This document shows positions 17,964 to 26,735 of a stretch of DNA of 27,967 bases, one piece after another. Origin of the DNA: Actinomycetes bacterium. Lineage in GTDB: Bacteria > Actinomycetota > Acidimicrobiia > IMCC26256 > JANYLB01. A program made the translations under genes and the position numbers. Positions within the stretch are counted from its first letter, which is position 1, and each line of letters begins with the position of its first letter. Below the pieces are notes generated by a model that worked only from the letters and a program-made list of their open reading frames with translations, had not been told where the DNA came from and did no database searches. Location: the NCBI GenBank assembly GCA_025363815.1, contig JANYLB010000021.1, forward strand, positions 1 to 27,967, written 5' to 3'.

Positions 17964-19295
17964 GTGGGTGACCGGACAGCGTACGCGACACTCGAGGGCG
18001 GCGATTCGAAGGAGGTACCTCCGCTGCGACTCCTCCATCACGAGCATCGCCGTAAAATTCGGGGCCGCGGGTACTTCAAACGCCTAGGGCCCGGGATCAT
18101 CACCGGAGCGGCAGACGATGACCCGTCCGGAATCGGCACCTACTCCCAGGTCGGCGCCGCCTACGGCTATGGGATCCTCTGGTCGACGCTGCTCGTCGCT
18201 CCCATGGCCGTCGCGGTGCAGGAGATGGCGGCCCGCCTCGGCCTGGTGACCGGTCGGGGCCTCGCGTCACTCATTCGTGAACGGTTTCCTCGTTGGGTGC
18301 TCCTGTCCTGTGTCGGCCTCGTCACCTTGGCCAACACCTTCAACATCGCGGCGGATCTGGCCTCGATGGGCGCATCCGCGCACCTGGTGGTGCCGTTGCC
18401 GCCGGAGCTACTCACCGTCGTCATGGCCGCCGGAATGCTGACCCTCGAGCTCTTCCTCTCGTACCGGCGCTACGCGAATGTGCTTCGTTTCCTCGCGCTC
18501 TCGCTGCTCGCTTACGTCTTCGTGCTCTTCGCGATCAACGTCGACTGGGCCGCCGTCCTTCGGGGGTTTTTCGAGCCCAATCTCGAAGGAGGAAAGGCCG
18601 AGCTCGCCGCGCTGATCGCCGTTTTCGGTACGACCGTGTCGCCATACCTCTTCTTCTGGCAGGCGAGCGAAGAGGTGGAGGAAGGTGACGAGCAGAGCGG
18701 AACCGACGCGCACGGGCCGGTCACAGATGCACACCTCAGCGCGATGCGCGTCGATGTAGCGGGTGGAATGGTCTCCGCCGTCGGGATCGCATCGGCGATC
18801 GTCATCGCGGCCGCCGCAACGCTCCACGCCGGAGGGATCACCGACATCGGGACTGCGGATCAGGCCGCCCGTGCGCTGCGTCCGTTGGCCGGGAATCTCG
18901 CGGGGTTGCTGTTCGCTACCGGGATCGTCGGCTTGGGCCTGCTCGCGGTCCCGGTGTTGGCCGGCTCCACCGCCTACGCCGTGGCGGAGGCGACCGACCG
19001 CAACGTTGGCCTCTCGCGTCATTTCCGCGACGCGCGCGGCTTCTACGCTGTGATCATCGGCTCGATGCTGCTCGGGCTCGCGCTCGATTTTGGCGGTCTC
19101 GACCCAATCCGCGGCCTGTATTTCGCGGCGATCCTGAACGGCATCACCGCGCCGCCACTCATCCTGGTCATGCTGCTCCTCGCTCGATCCCGCCGGACGC
19201 TTGGCGATCGGCGGAGCGGCTGGCTCTCGACCACTGTCGTCGTCGCCACTATCGCCGTGAGCACCGCGCTCCCCATTGCGTATCTTGCCTGGTGA
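17964..19295 (+). CDS. Nramp (SLC11)-family transporter with non-canonical metal-binding motifs (Nramp-related clade)
   Basis: RLGPGIITGAADDDPSGIGTYSQVGAAYGYGILW with about 11 TM helices. TM1 reads D-P-S-G instead of canonical D-P-G-N, and TM6 reads T-V-S-P-Y instead of A-x-x-M-P-H. True start is uncertain (only 16 nt from the divergent metF start; possibly a later non-ATG start or a leaderless mRNA). Confidence 0.85.
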   Translation: MGDRTAYATLEGGDSKEVPPLRLLHHEHRRKIRGRGYFKRLGPGIITGAADDDPSGIGTYSQVGAAYGYGILWSTLLVAPMAVAVQEMAARLGLVTGRGLASLIRERFPRWVLLSCVGLVTLANTFNIAADLASMGASAHLVVPLPPELLTVVMAAGMLTLELFLSYRRYANVLRFLALSLLAYVFVLFAINVDWAAVLRGFFEPNLEGGKAELAALIAVFGTTVSPYLFFWQASEEVEEGDEQSGTDAHGPVTDAHLSAMRVDVAGGMVSAVGIASAIVIAAAATLHAGGITDIGTADQAARALRPLAGNLAGLLFATGIVGLGLLAVPVLAGSTAYAVAEATDRNVGLSRHFRDARGFYAVIIGSMLLGLALDFGGLDPIRGLYFAAILNGITAPPLILVMLLLARSRRTLGDRRSGWLSTTVVVATIAVSTALPIAYLAW

Positions 19296-19296
19296 C

Positions 19297-19791
19297 ATGG
19301 ACTTCTCACTCACCCAGGACATCGCCGCGACCGTTGAACGGGTCGAAGCCGCGCTGACCGACGCCGGGTTCCTCGCCACGATGTCCGAGCTCCCCAAGAT
19401 CGGTGGCGTCGAAGTGCTCGAGCAGGAGCGCTCGGGTGACACCGTCCATCAACGGGTTAGATACCTGTTCACGGCCGACCCGTCGGGAGCGGTCCGACGG
19501 GTCGTTGACCCCGAGAAGCTGACCTGGGTCGAGAGCTCCACCTCGGATTTCGCCGAGCACACCGCGTCGTACACGATCGAACCCGACAACTACGCCAATC
19601 TGCTGGAGGGCGCCTACAACGCGACCATCACGGAAAACGGGACCTGTGCGCGGCGAGTGAGCACCGGCCACGTGAAGGTGCACCTTCCGCTAGTCGGACG
19701 CAAGGTCGAGCACGCGATCGTCTCGGGCCTCCAGGAAAATTCCGACGCGCAAATCGCTCTCCTCACCGCCTGGATCGCAACGCATCCGTAG
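19297..19791 (+). CDS. DUF2505-family protein (SRPBCC-like)
   Basis: MDFSLTQDIAATVERVEAALTDAGF... and the C-terminal HLPLVGRKVEHAIVSGLQENSDAQIALLTAWIA match the DUF2505 pattern (PxIGGKxEKLIxxQLxxLxxxExxFTxxWIA). Start set at the ATG at 19297, just after the Nramp stop. Confidence 0.7.
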   Translation: MDFSLTQDIAATVERVEAALTDAGFLATMSELPKIGGVEVLEQERSGDTVHQRVRYLFTADPSGAVRRVVDPEKLTWVESSTSDFAEHTASYTIEPDNYANLLEGAYNATITENGTCARRVSTGHVKVHLPLVGRKVEHAIVSGLQENSDAQIALLTAWIATHP

Positions 19792-19811
19792 CCCCGCACT
19801 GGTTGTGGGCG

Positions 19812-20207
19812 TCAGACGAAGCGCGGCGCGTATACCAACACGCGGAGCGTCTCGGTCCCGGTGGGGGCGCGGACAGCGGTGCTTGGTTCGACGAGCGCGC
19901 CAATCACGAGCGCGATCGCGACGAGCAGGACGAGACCGATGCCGACCCATCCGAGGACGATTCCGGCGACGGCCAGCCCACGACCGTTCTGGGTACCGCG
20001 CGACTGATCGATCTGGCTCTTCGAGATGTACCCGAACACGATGGCGAGGATCGAGGGAACGAAGCAGAAAGCCATCGCGACGCAGCCGAGAACCAGCGAC
20101 GCGACGGCGAGACCGTTCGTCTTCGTCGCTGGTGGGGATGGCGACCACGACGGCGGTGCCGGAGGCCATGGTGGGGGTGGCCGCCCATCCGGCGGTTCGT
20201 CGACCAT
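19812..20207 (-). CDS. DUF4190 domain membrane protein with Pro-rich N-terminus
   Basis: PPDGRPPPPWPPAPPSWSPSPP then LAVASLVLGCVAMAF...GRGLAVAGIVLGWVGIGLVLLVAI, two TM helices typical of DUF4190. Alternative start at 20243 (MPAVWHG). Confidence 0.8.
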   Translation of the reverse strand: MVDEPPDGRPPPPWPPAPPSWSPSPPATKTNGLAVASLVLGCVAMAFCFVPSILAIVFGYISKSQIDQSRGTQNGRGLAVAGIVLGWVGIGLVLLVAIALVIGALVEPSTAVRAPTGTETLRVLVYAPRFV

Positions 20208-20241
20208 GGGCCCCGACTGTATGCCGTGCCAGACTGCCGGC

Positions 20242-21390
20242 ATGCCGCCCGAGAAGTTGTCGTGGAAGCACCTCTACGAAGAGGTCGTCACCTCCGGTTT
20301 GTGCACCGGTTGCGCAGGCTGCGTCATAGCCTGCCCGCACGATGTCCTCGGGTATCGCGATGCCGAAGGCATCTACAAGCCGTTCCAAACCGAGGATGAC
20401 TACGGTGGCCTGGGCGACTGCTCCCACGGCGACAAGGCGTGCACGTCGTGTACCCGCGCATGCCCGCGCTTTCGCGCGTGGGAGCCGGAGATCGACGAGT
20501 TCATGTTCGGACGGGTTCGCGAGCCCGAAGAGGTCTCTGGTCTCTTCAAAGACATTGTGCTCGCGCGCGCGGTCGATCCGATCCTCCACGAGGTCGGCCA
20601 AGACGGCGGCTTCGTCTCCGCGATCCTTGTCTACGCGCTCGAACACGACCTGATCGACGCCGCGCTCGTGTCATTCCTCGAGGGTGACGGCTCGACGTGG
20701 AAGGCCGTGCCGGGAGTGGCCCGCAACCGCGACGACGTGATCGCTTCCGCTGGGAGCCGCTACACCTACTCCGCGAACACGCTCGCCTACGCCGACGCCA
20801 TCGAGTCGGGTGCTGAGCGCATCGCGCTGGTCGGTATGAGCTGCCTGAGCTCGGTTCCTCCAGTGATGAAGCAACGCAAAGCAGGAAAGGTGGCCCGTCG
20901 CCTCTCGTTGAACATTGGGCTCCTCTGCTCGAAGACCTTCGACGACGCGATCTTCGAGGAGCTGTTCGAGGCGAAGTACGGCCTGGTGAAGTCTGAGATC
21001 AAGAAGATGAACATCAAGGGCGTCTTCCAAATCTGGATGAAGAACGGCGACTACCACGAGGTGCCGCTGAAGGAGTGCCACGCATGGACGCGTGAGGGTT
21101 GCACCATGTGCCCCGACTTCGCGGCCGAGCACGCCGACATCTCCACCGGCGGCATCGGCGCGTTCAACGACTGGACGCTCACGATCGTGCGCACCGATAT
21201 TGGTCGCGACCTGATGGCCGCGATGTTGCGTGACGGCTACATAGAGGTTCGCCCCGGCGACGACGACCCCGGCGCGATCGAGTTGATGCACAAGCTGTCG
21301 AAACGATCGCGCAAGCGGTGGCCGGAGTTCGCGATCGCGGCTCCGCGCGCTCTCGCTCCCCCGACGACCGCGGAGTCTGACAAAGGTTGA
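20242..21390 (+). CDS. coenzyme F420 hydrogenase/dehydrogenase beta-subunit (FrhB/FdhB)-family flavo-iron-sulfur protein with N-terminal 2x[4Fe-4S] ferredoxin motifs
   Basis: CTGCAGCVIACPHDV and CTSCTRACPRF ferredoxin motifs. FrhB_FdhB N-domain (GQDGGFVSAILVYALEHDLIDAALV...AGSRYTYS...IALVGMSC) and C-domain (GCTMCPDFAAEHADISTGGIG). Start ambiguous (20206, 20221 or 20242). 20242 was chosen to avoid overlapping the divergent DUF4190 start. Confidence 0.85.
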   Translation: MPPEKLSWKHLYEEVVTSGLCTGCAGCVIACPHDVLGYRDAEGIYKPFQTEDDYGGLGDCSHGDKACTSCTRACPRFRAWEPEIDEFMFGRVREPEEVSGLFKDIVLARAVDPILHEVGQDGGFVSAILVYALEHDLIDAALVSFLEGDGSTWKAVPGVARNRDDVIASAGSRYTYSANTLAYADAIESGAERIALVGMSCLSSVPPVMKQRKAGKVARRLSLNIGLLCSKTFDDAIFEELFEAKYGLVKSEIKKMNIKGVFQIWMKNGDYHEVPLKECHAWTREGCTMCPDFAAEHADISTGGIGAFNDWTLTIVRTDIGRDLMAAMLRDGYIEVRPGDDDPGAIELMHKLSKRSRKRWPEFAIAAPRALAPPTTAESDKG

Positions 21391-21440
21391 GCCCGGAGCC
21401 CAAAACCCGATGAAGGTTTCACCATGATGCTCGATTCACG

Positions 21441-21746
21441 ATGACGACTGTGGCGATCGTGGGAGACCTCATGGATCGGAGCAAGCTCACCGCGGCGTTC
21501 CCCGGGCTGACATTTGCGCGTGATGCCGCCGGCTGCGTCGACGCGAGCACTGTGATCGTCGACCTGGCTCGCCATGCCGGAGAGATCGCCGATGTCCGGG
21601 CCGTCGCCCCCACCGCCCGAATCATCTGTTTCGGTCCCCACGTAGACGTCGACCGCGCCGAGCAAGCCCGGTCTGACGGCGCCGACGTCGTGCTGGCCCG
21701 ATCCCAGTTCTTCCGGGATCCGGCCGCCGCCATCGCCGAGCGCTGA
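21441..21746 (+). CDS. small hypothetical alpha/beta protein (101 aa), probably co-transcribed with the FrhB-family gene
   Basis: High GC3 coding signal. MTTVAIVGDLMDRSKL...STVIVDLARHAGEIADVRAVAPTARIICFGPHVDVDRAEQARSDGADVVLARSQFF has alternating hydrophobic beta-strand and helix periodicity. It loosely resembles flavodoxin/receiver-like folds but is too short for a canonical receiver. Confidence 0.55.
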   Translation: MTTVAIVGDLMDRSKLTAAFPGLTFARDAAGCVDASTVIVDLARHAGEIADVRAVAPTARIICFGPHVDVDRAEQARSDGADVVLARSQFFRDPAAAIAER

Positions 21747-21771
21747 GGAAGCCGGCCGGACGGGAACCTCC

Positions 21772-22539
21772 TCAGACGAGGGGCCAGGGAACGGAGTGGT
21801 AACCCGGCTCAGGGTTGGGCAGCGTTCCGATGCGTATGAGCTCGTCGGCGCGGTCTCGGAACGCCTGCATCTCACCCGGATCCAGGAGCGGACCGAGCCG
21901 GGCATCCACCACTGCGACGTCGGCGAGCAGGCGGCACACGTCGTCGGTGAGCGGCGGTGGGACCATCTCACCCGCGAAGTCCCAGATGACCGTCCGCAGC
22001 TTCCACTCGTCGTGGAAGGTGAGACCATGATCGATCCCCCAAACGTGGCCGTCGGCTCGACCGCGCAGACAGTGACCGCCCTTACGGTCGGCATTGTTGA
22101 CGAGCACATCGAACACTGCGAATCGCCGAAGCTCATCGGCGTGATCCTCGAGCAACGTGAAGTAGTGCTCTTCGGGATCGTGATCGACGTAGAGCTGCAC
22201 CATCCCTTCACCGAGCGGACCGTCGCGCATCACGGTCGGTGGCACTACCCCCCAGCCGAGCAACTCGGAAAGGTCGTGGGTGGCGACCTCCCGTTGACAC
22301 AACGAACCGGTCGAGAAGTCCCAGAGTGGTCGTTCCCCGCGACGGGGCTTGTAGATCACCGGAAACTCGACGTCGCCGGCCGACAGCGTCGCGAGCATCG
22401 TCGCGTTCGACGACCACGGCATCCGACCGAGGATCTCGAGATCGCCTCGCCGCAGGAGTTCCCGGATGTCGTCTGGTGTCAGTTCCAGCGTGGACAATGG
22501 TGGCCCTGCGGGTCCATCGGCTGTTCGCACAGCAGACAT
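21772..22539 (-). CDS. SCO1664-family protein (actinobacteria-specific; PI3/PI4-kinase-like catalytic-loop motifs, putative atypical kinase)
   Basis: FAVFDVLVNNADRKGGHCLRGRADGHVWGIDHGLTFH resembles a DRxxxN catalytic loop plus an IDHG (DFG-like) motif. Overall match to the SCO1664 family, conserved next to DUF3090. Possible later TTG start near 22498; the ATG at 22539 overlaps DUF3090 by 61 nt. Confidence 0.8.
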   Translation of the reverse strand: MSAVRTADGPAGPPLSTLELTPDDIRELLRRGDLEILGRMPWSSNATMLATLSAGDVEFPVIYKPRRGERPLWDFSTGSLCQREVATHDLSELLGWGVVPPTVMRDGPLGEGMVQLYVDHDPEEHYFTLLEDHADELRRFAVFDVLVNNADRKGGHCLRGRADGHVWGIDHGLTFHDEWKLRTVIWDFAGEMVPPPLTDDVCRLLADVAVVDARLGPLLDPGEMQAFRDRADELIRIGTLPNPEPGYHSVPWPLV

Positions 22540-23033
22540 CGGGGCCGGGCCCCAACGGTGACCGACTCGACCGCGCGCCCAGCCATCGCGCGGACCTGTG
22601 CACGGGTGGCGTAGATCCGGGCGACGAAACCGTCGTCGTCGTCGGTGTTCAGGAGACCGTCGTCGTCTTCGGCTTCGTCTTCGGAGTGCTCGCGCAGTTC
22701 GATGAGGACGAGCTCGCGTTCCGGTTCGAACCCGAGACCGATGAGACGCGCCCGGAACAACGGCACCGCCGGCTCTTGCACCACCGCGGCCCGGCGAAGC
22801 TCGGGACCGATCTCTACGGGGTCCTCGGGGAACTCCTCGGCGATGCGTTCTAGGAACGCCACGGCTTCGCTCGCGAGTAGTGCGATCTGTTCCTTCTCGA
22901 CCAAGACTGTGAGACGCGCATGCGCCTTCGCTGCTTGGATCAGGAACGTGCGCTGACCGGGCTGGCCGATCGCACCCGCACCGAGGGTGTCTACAGGGTC
23001 GAGCTCGATCGGATCAGCCATCTTCCGCTCCAT
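22479..23033 (-). CDS. DUF3090 domain protein (C-terminal CxxC...HxC zinc-ribbon-like motif)
   Basis: GQPGQRTFLIQAAKAHARLTVLVEKEQIALL...acidic linker...CLLCEQPMDPQGHHCPRWN is the typical DUF3090 architecture. Confidence 0.85.
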   Translation of the reverse strand: MERKMADPIELDPVDTLGAGAIGQPGQRTFLIQAAKAHARLTVLVEKEQIALLASEAVAFLERIAEEFPEDPVEIGPELRRAAVVQEPAVPLFRARLIGLGFEPERELVLIELREHSEDEAEDDDGLLNTDDDDGFVARIYATRAQVRAMAGRAVESVTVGARPRCLLCEQPMDPQGHHCPRWN

Positions 23034-23730
23034 CTCCCTGCGCGGGCGGGGTCGGTTGAGGCATCAGGTCTTCCATGCTGCCGGTGTCGTTGCTCTTGAG
23101 CAACGTCGCCCCGAACGGCCCGAGCTCGAGCACAGTCACGGATGCCGGCGCGACCGCGATCCGTTGGAAAAGATCGAGGGGAACCCCGGTGAAGTGTGCG
23201 ACCGCCGCCTTGATCGGATCCGCGTGCGACACAACGACGACCGTCGCTCCAGGATGGTCGGACACGAGTCCTTCGATCGCTTCGACGATGCGCGCCTGCA
23301 TAGCCACCATCGCCTCGCCACCCGGGAAGCGAACTCGTGACGGCGCGGCCTGTACCGTTTTCCAGAGTTCGAGCTTCATCAAGTCTGAGAGCTTCTCGCC
23401 GGTCCAGTCGCCGTAGTCGGCTTCGATCACACCGGGAAGCGCCAAAACCGGAAGGCCGTGGTGCTCGGCGATCAGCGCAGCCGTCTGGGTCGTGCGCTCG
23501 ATCGGGCTCGCGTAGACCGCGGCCACCGGTACCGACGCGAGCCGTTCACCGGCACGCGCCGCCTGACCCCGTCCGACTTCCGAGAGGTCGATACCCGGGG
23601 CGCGTCCCGAGAGCTTCGATCCCGTCTCGGGCGTGACCGCGTGCCGCACCAGCACGATCCGCGTCGAGCGGGGTACGTGCTTGGCGTTGGGTTCGTCTGA
23701 GGGCGCAAGGGCCGGTTCGGGGGACGTCAC
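23014..23730 (-). CDS. histidine-phosphatase superfamily protein, MSMEG_4193-family putative phosphomutase
   Basis: RIVLVRHAVTPETGSKLSGRAPGIDLSEVGRGQAARAG...VAAVYASPIERTTQTAALIAE...VVVVSHADPIKAAVAHF is the phosphoglycerate-mutase-like RH(G/A) phosphatase core. The track ORF extends to 23913, but that N-terminal extension is Arg-rich low-complexity. The GTG at 23730 (VTSPEPALAPSDEPNAKHVPRSTRIVLVRHA) gives a family-typical length. Overlaps the DUF3090 start by 8-20 nt, suggesting an operon. Confidence 0.8.
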   Translation of the reverse strand: MTSPEPALAPSDEPNAKHVPRSTRIVLVRHAVTPETGSKLSGRAPGIDLSEVGRGQAARAGERLASVPVAAVYASPIERTTQTAALIAEHHGLPVLALPGVIEADYGDWTGEKLSDLMKLELWKTVQAAPSRVRFPGGEAMVAMQARIVEAIEGLVSDHPGATVVVVSHADPIKAAVAHFTGVPLDLFQRIAVAPASVTVLELGPFGATLLKSNDTGSMEDLMPQPTPPAQGDGAEDG

Positions 23731-23798
23731 GGAATCCGATGGTACCGGCGCCAGTAGTTGGTTCTCCCCTCGCGGCGGGAGCCACCTACCCTCGTCAT

Positions 23799-24248
23799 AT
23801 GGCCGACCAACCCGTGAACCTGTCGTCGGGACTTCCCGAGACCCTGCTCGACCCCGAACCCGCCGAGATGCTCGACGCGCTCGACGCCGCGCTAGCCACA
23901 ACCGATGATCCACCCGGGAACCGCCGCAACGCGATCGCGTCGGTGGTCACCCGCTGGCCGCGCTTCCTCGACGGTTGGGCCCGACTGGGTGAATCGGCGC
24001 GAGATCCAATCGAGGCGTACGCGTCGTTCCGGGTCGGATATCACCGAGGCCTCGACCAACTGCGAGCATCGGGGTGGCGCGGCTCGGGATACGTCCCCTG
24101 GCGGCACGTGGCGAACCGCGGGTTCCTGCGTGCGCTCGACGGCCTGCGGGCGAGCGCAGGCGCGATCGGCGAGGGCGACGAAGAGCGAAGATGCGCTGAG
24201 TTCGCCTTCCAGTGCGATCCGGAATGGGCCCGCTCGCGCGGAAAATAG
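23799..24248 (+). CDS. DUF3151 domain protein
   Basis: PETLLDPEPAEMLDALDAALATTDDPPGNRRNAIASVVTRWPRFLDGWARLGESARDPIEAYASFRVGYHRGLDQLRASGWRGSGYVPWRHVANRGFLRALDGLRASAGAIGEGDE matches the DUF3151 consensus (xAYAxxRxGYHRGLDxLRxxGWRGxGxVPW...NRGFLRAL). ATG at 23799. Confidence 0.8.
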   Translation: MADQPVNLSSGLPETLLDPEPAEMLDALDAALATTDDPPGNRRNAIASVVTRWPRFLDGWARLGESARDPIEAYASFRVGYHRGLDQLRASGWRGSGYVPWRHVANRGFLRALDGLRASAGAIGEGDEERRCAEFAFQCDPEWARSRGK

Positions 24249-24275
24249 CGGGGTCGCCGAGTAGCGTTGCTAGGC

Positions 24276-25271
24276 ATGAAACGCGCCCTGATCACTGGAA
24301 TCACCGGACAAGATGGCCGCTACCTGAGCCAGCTCCTAGCCGGAAAGGGCTACCAGGTCTTCGGTCTCATCCGCGGCCAGGCCAATCCGAAATCTCAGCT
24401 CGTGCTCGACGAGAACCCTGCTTGTGAGCTCATCGACGGCGACCTGCGAGATCTCTCGTCGCTCATCGCTGCGATGGAGCAGGTGCAACCCGACGAGGTC
24501 TACAACCTCGGGGCGATCAGCTTCGTGCAGCTTTCGTTCCGCCAAGCCGAGCTGACCGCCGAGATCACGGGTCTCGGGGTACTGCGGATGCTCGAAGCCG
24601 TGCGCATCGTCGGGGGTGTGACCAACAACCCGATCCGCTTCTACCAAGCATCTTCGTCGGAGATGTTCGGCAAGGTGCGCGAGACCCCCCAGAACGAGCG
24701 CACGCCGTTTCACCCACGTTCGCCCTACGGCGTCGCCAAGGTGTTCGGCCACGACATGACAGTGAACTACCGCGAGGCATACGGACTCCACGCGTCGAGC
24801 GGGATCCTGTTCAACCACGAGTCACCGCGTCGAGGTATGGAGTTCTACACGCGCAAGGTCACAACCTCGCTCGCCCGCATCAAGCTCGGACTCCAGGAGC
24901 ACATCAGCTTGGGCAACCTGGGCTTCTCACGCGACTGGGGCTACGCCGGCGACTACGTCGAAGCCATGTGGATGATGCTTCAGCAGGACGAGCCTGACGA
25001 CTACGTGATCGCAACCGGTGAGACCCACACCGGGCGCGAGTTCCTCGACATAGCGAGCCGCATCGCCGGCTTCGACGAATGGGAGTCGTTCGTCAGCCAC
25101 GACTCGCGCTTCGAACGGCCGGCCGAGGTCGACCTGCTGATGGGCGACGCGGGTAAGGCCGCGACCGTGCTCGGCTGGCGGCCCAAGGTCAGCTTCGAAG
25201 ACCTCGTACGCATGATGTACGAAGCCGATATGGCCGCAGAGCAGGACCAGCTCGACTCCGGTCGTCGCTGA
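24276..25271 (+). CDS. gmd: GDP-mannose 4,6-dehydratase
   Basis: [34 protein letters not shown]...[11 protein letters not shown]...SPYGVAKV...NHESPRRG are Gmd SDR signatures. Confidence 0.95.
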   Translation: MKRALITGITGQDGRYLSQLLAGKGYQVFGLIRGQANPKSQLVLDENPACELIDGDLRDLSSLIAAMEQVQPDEVYNLGAISFVQLSFRQAELTAEITGLGVLRMLEAVRIVGGVTNNPIRFYQASSSEMFGKVRETPQNERTPFHPRSPYGVAKVFGHDMTVNYREAYGLHASSGILFNHESPRRGMEFYTRKVTTSLARIKLGLQEHISLGNLGFSRDWGYAGDYVEAMWMMLQQDEPDDYVIATGETHTGREFLDIASRIAGFDEWESFVSHDSRFERPAEVDLLMGDAGKAATVLGWRPKVSFEDLVRMMYEADMAAEQDQLDSGRR

Positions 25272-25293
25272 CCCGTCCCCACCCGGGCCGCGG

Positions 25294-26628
25294 CTACGTC
25301 TGCGGAACCGAATCGGTCCCCGGGGTCGCGGTCAGGGCAACATCTTGGATTCGCCGGGATCGAAACCTTCCGATCACTGCCGCGATGGTGACCGAGGCTA
25401 GGAGCACGATCGCCGGTTCGGCGGGGGCCCGGTAGCGGAGCTGGGCGAAGGTGATCGCCACGGCGATGAGGACGATGACCGGGAAAGCCAACAACGCGAT
25501 TATGGGCACTTGGCGTCGCCGCAGGATCACCGCCCCGGCGATCGCCAACGGGGCGAGCAGGTACCAGCTGAACAAGGTGCTCCACGCGACGAACCCCTCC
25601 CGCCCCATGACGAGCTTGTCAAACTTGATGTCGGTCGTCGGGTGGAAGATCCCGAGGATGCGAGCGAGTCGAGCCGCGACCACGGTCGGTACTTGCGACT
25701 GGTGCGATCGGATGTACTTCATCGCCTCTCCTTGCAACGCGTGCTCGGCTTGCGATGGGTCCATATCCGGCTTGATCACCTTCGCAGCTCGCTCGTAGCC
25801 GCATCCGTAGTTCTTCCAGCCGATGTTCCCGCCGTAGTAGACGGCGTCGCAGTTCGCGGCCGAGATCGTCCCGCCGTATCCGATCGAGATGTACACGGGC
25901 TCACGGAAGCGAGACAGGTTGTATCCGACCCACGGAGCGACAACCACGAGCGCGGCTGCGCCCCCGATCACGAGCTGGAGAAGGCGACGCGAAATGGGAA
26001 CGTCGCGAACGAACAGCACGAGCGGCGCTACCACGAACACCACCGCGAGCATGAGCTCGGCGCGCGTGAGTGTCGCGAAGCCACACGCGAGCCCCAACGC
26101 AACCACACGGCCGATCCCCGGCTTGTGCCAATAGCGGTACGCGAGAAAGAGGACGAGCGAGACCGCGAAGATCGCCGCGGTCTCGGAGAGGAGCATGCCG
26201 TCGTGAACCCAGATGTTCGGGTAGATGGCGGCAAGCACTGCCGCGACGAGACCGCACCGGGCACCGGCGATCTCGCGGCCCGCGAGGCCGCACAGCGCGA
26301 TCGTTCCCGCCCCGAGCACGCACGACCAGAGCATCTGCGCCGTCTGGCCAAGTTGGTGTCCATCGCCGAACCAGGAGGCGATCGCGAGCCACGTCGCATA
26401 GACCGGAGGGTGCTCGGCCAAGGGAACCGAGTGCTTCGCGAGCAGCCCGGCGGGAGCATTGAAACCCCCTCCCTGGGCAAGGATGTTCGCGAGCTTGTTG
26501 AAATAGAGCGCGTCGCCACCGTAGGGAACGTGATCAGCTCGGAACACAAGCACGTAGGTGACCCGGAGGCCGAAGCCCGCAAGGGTGACGAGCGCGAGCC
26601 AACCGATGAAGCTCCCCCGACCCTTCAT
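25294..26628 (-). CDS. GT-C fold glycosyltransferase, family 39 / PMT_2 (ArnT/Pmt-like, polyprenyl-phosphate-sugar dependent)
   Basis: About 11 TM helices. N-terminal region YVLVFRADHVPYGGDALYFNKLANIL...HPPVYATWLAIASWF is typical of GT39/PMT_2 proteins with the early D-x periplasmic-loop motif. 444 aa. Confidence 0.8.
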   Translation of the reverse strand: MKGRGSFIGWLALVTLAGFGLRVTYVLVFRADHVPYGGDALYFNKLANILAQGGGFNAPAGLLAKHSVPLAEHPPVYATWLAIASWFGDGHQLGQTAQMLWSCVLGAGTIALCGLAGREIAGARCGLVAAVLAAIYPNIWVHDGMLLSETAAIFAVSLVLFLAYRYWHKPGIGRVVALGLACGFATLTRAELMLAVVFVVAPLVLFVRDVPISRRLLQLVIGGAAALVVVAPWVGYNLSRFREPVYISIGYGGTISAANCDAVYYGGNIGWKNYGCGYERAAKVIKPDMDPSQAEHALQGEAMKYIRSHQSQVPTVVAARLARILGIFHPTTDIKFDKLVMGREGFVAWSTLFSWYLLAPLAIAGAVILRRRQVPIIALLAFPVIVLIAVAITFAQLRYRAPAEPAIVLLASVTIAAVIGRFRSRRIQDVALTATPGTDSVPQT

Positions 26629-26735
26629 CCCGGCAAGCTAGCAACCCGCCGACCCGGGGTATCCGCCCAGCTCGGGTCCGAAGCGCCACCCCCTCAGGAA
26701 AGCACCGCAGGAGGGACGCCGAATATCATGGGCCG

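Noticed and set aside
17948-18063. Mn-responsive riboswitch (yybP-ykoY) upstream of the Nramp-like gene
   Set aside because: That riboswitch class controls exporters and has a conserved four-way junction I do not see here. Only a simple GGAGGTACCTCC palindrome is present.
21441-21746. Calling the 101-aa protein a CheY-like response-regulator receiver
   Set aside because: Some local resemblance (VIVDL, ...RIICFG..., GADVVLARSQFF), but the segment between the first strand and the putative phospho-Asp strand is about 20 residues too short, and the N-terminal acidic pair is not conserved. Kept as a generic small alpha/beta hypothetical.
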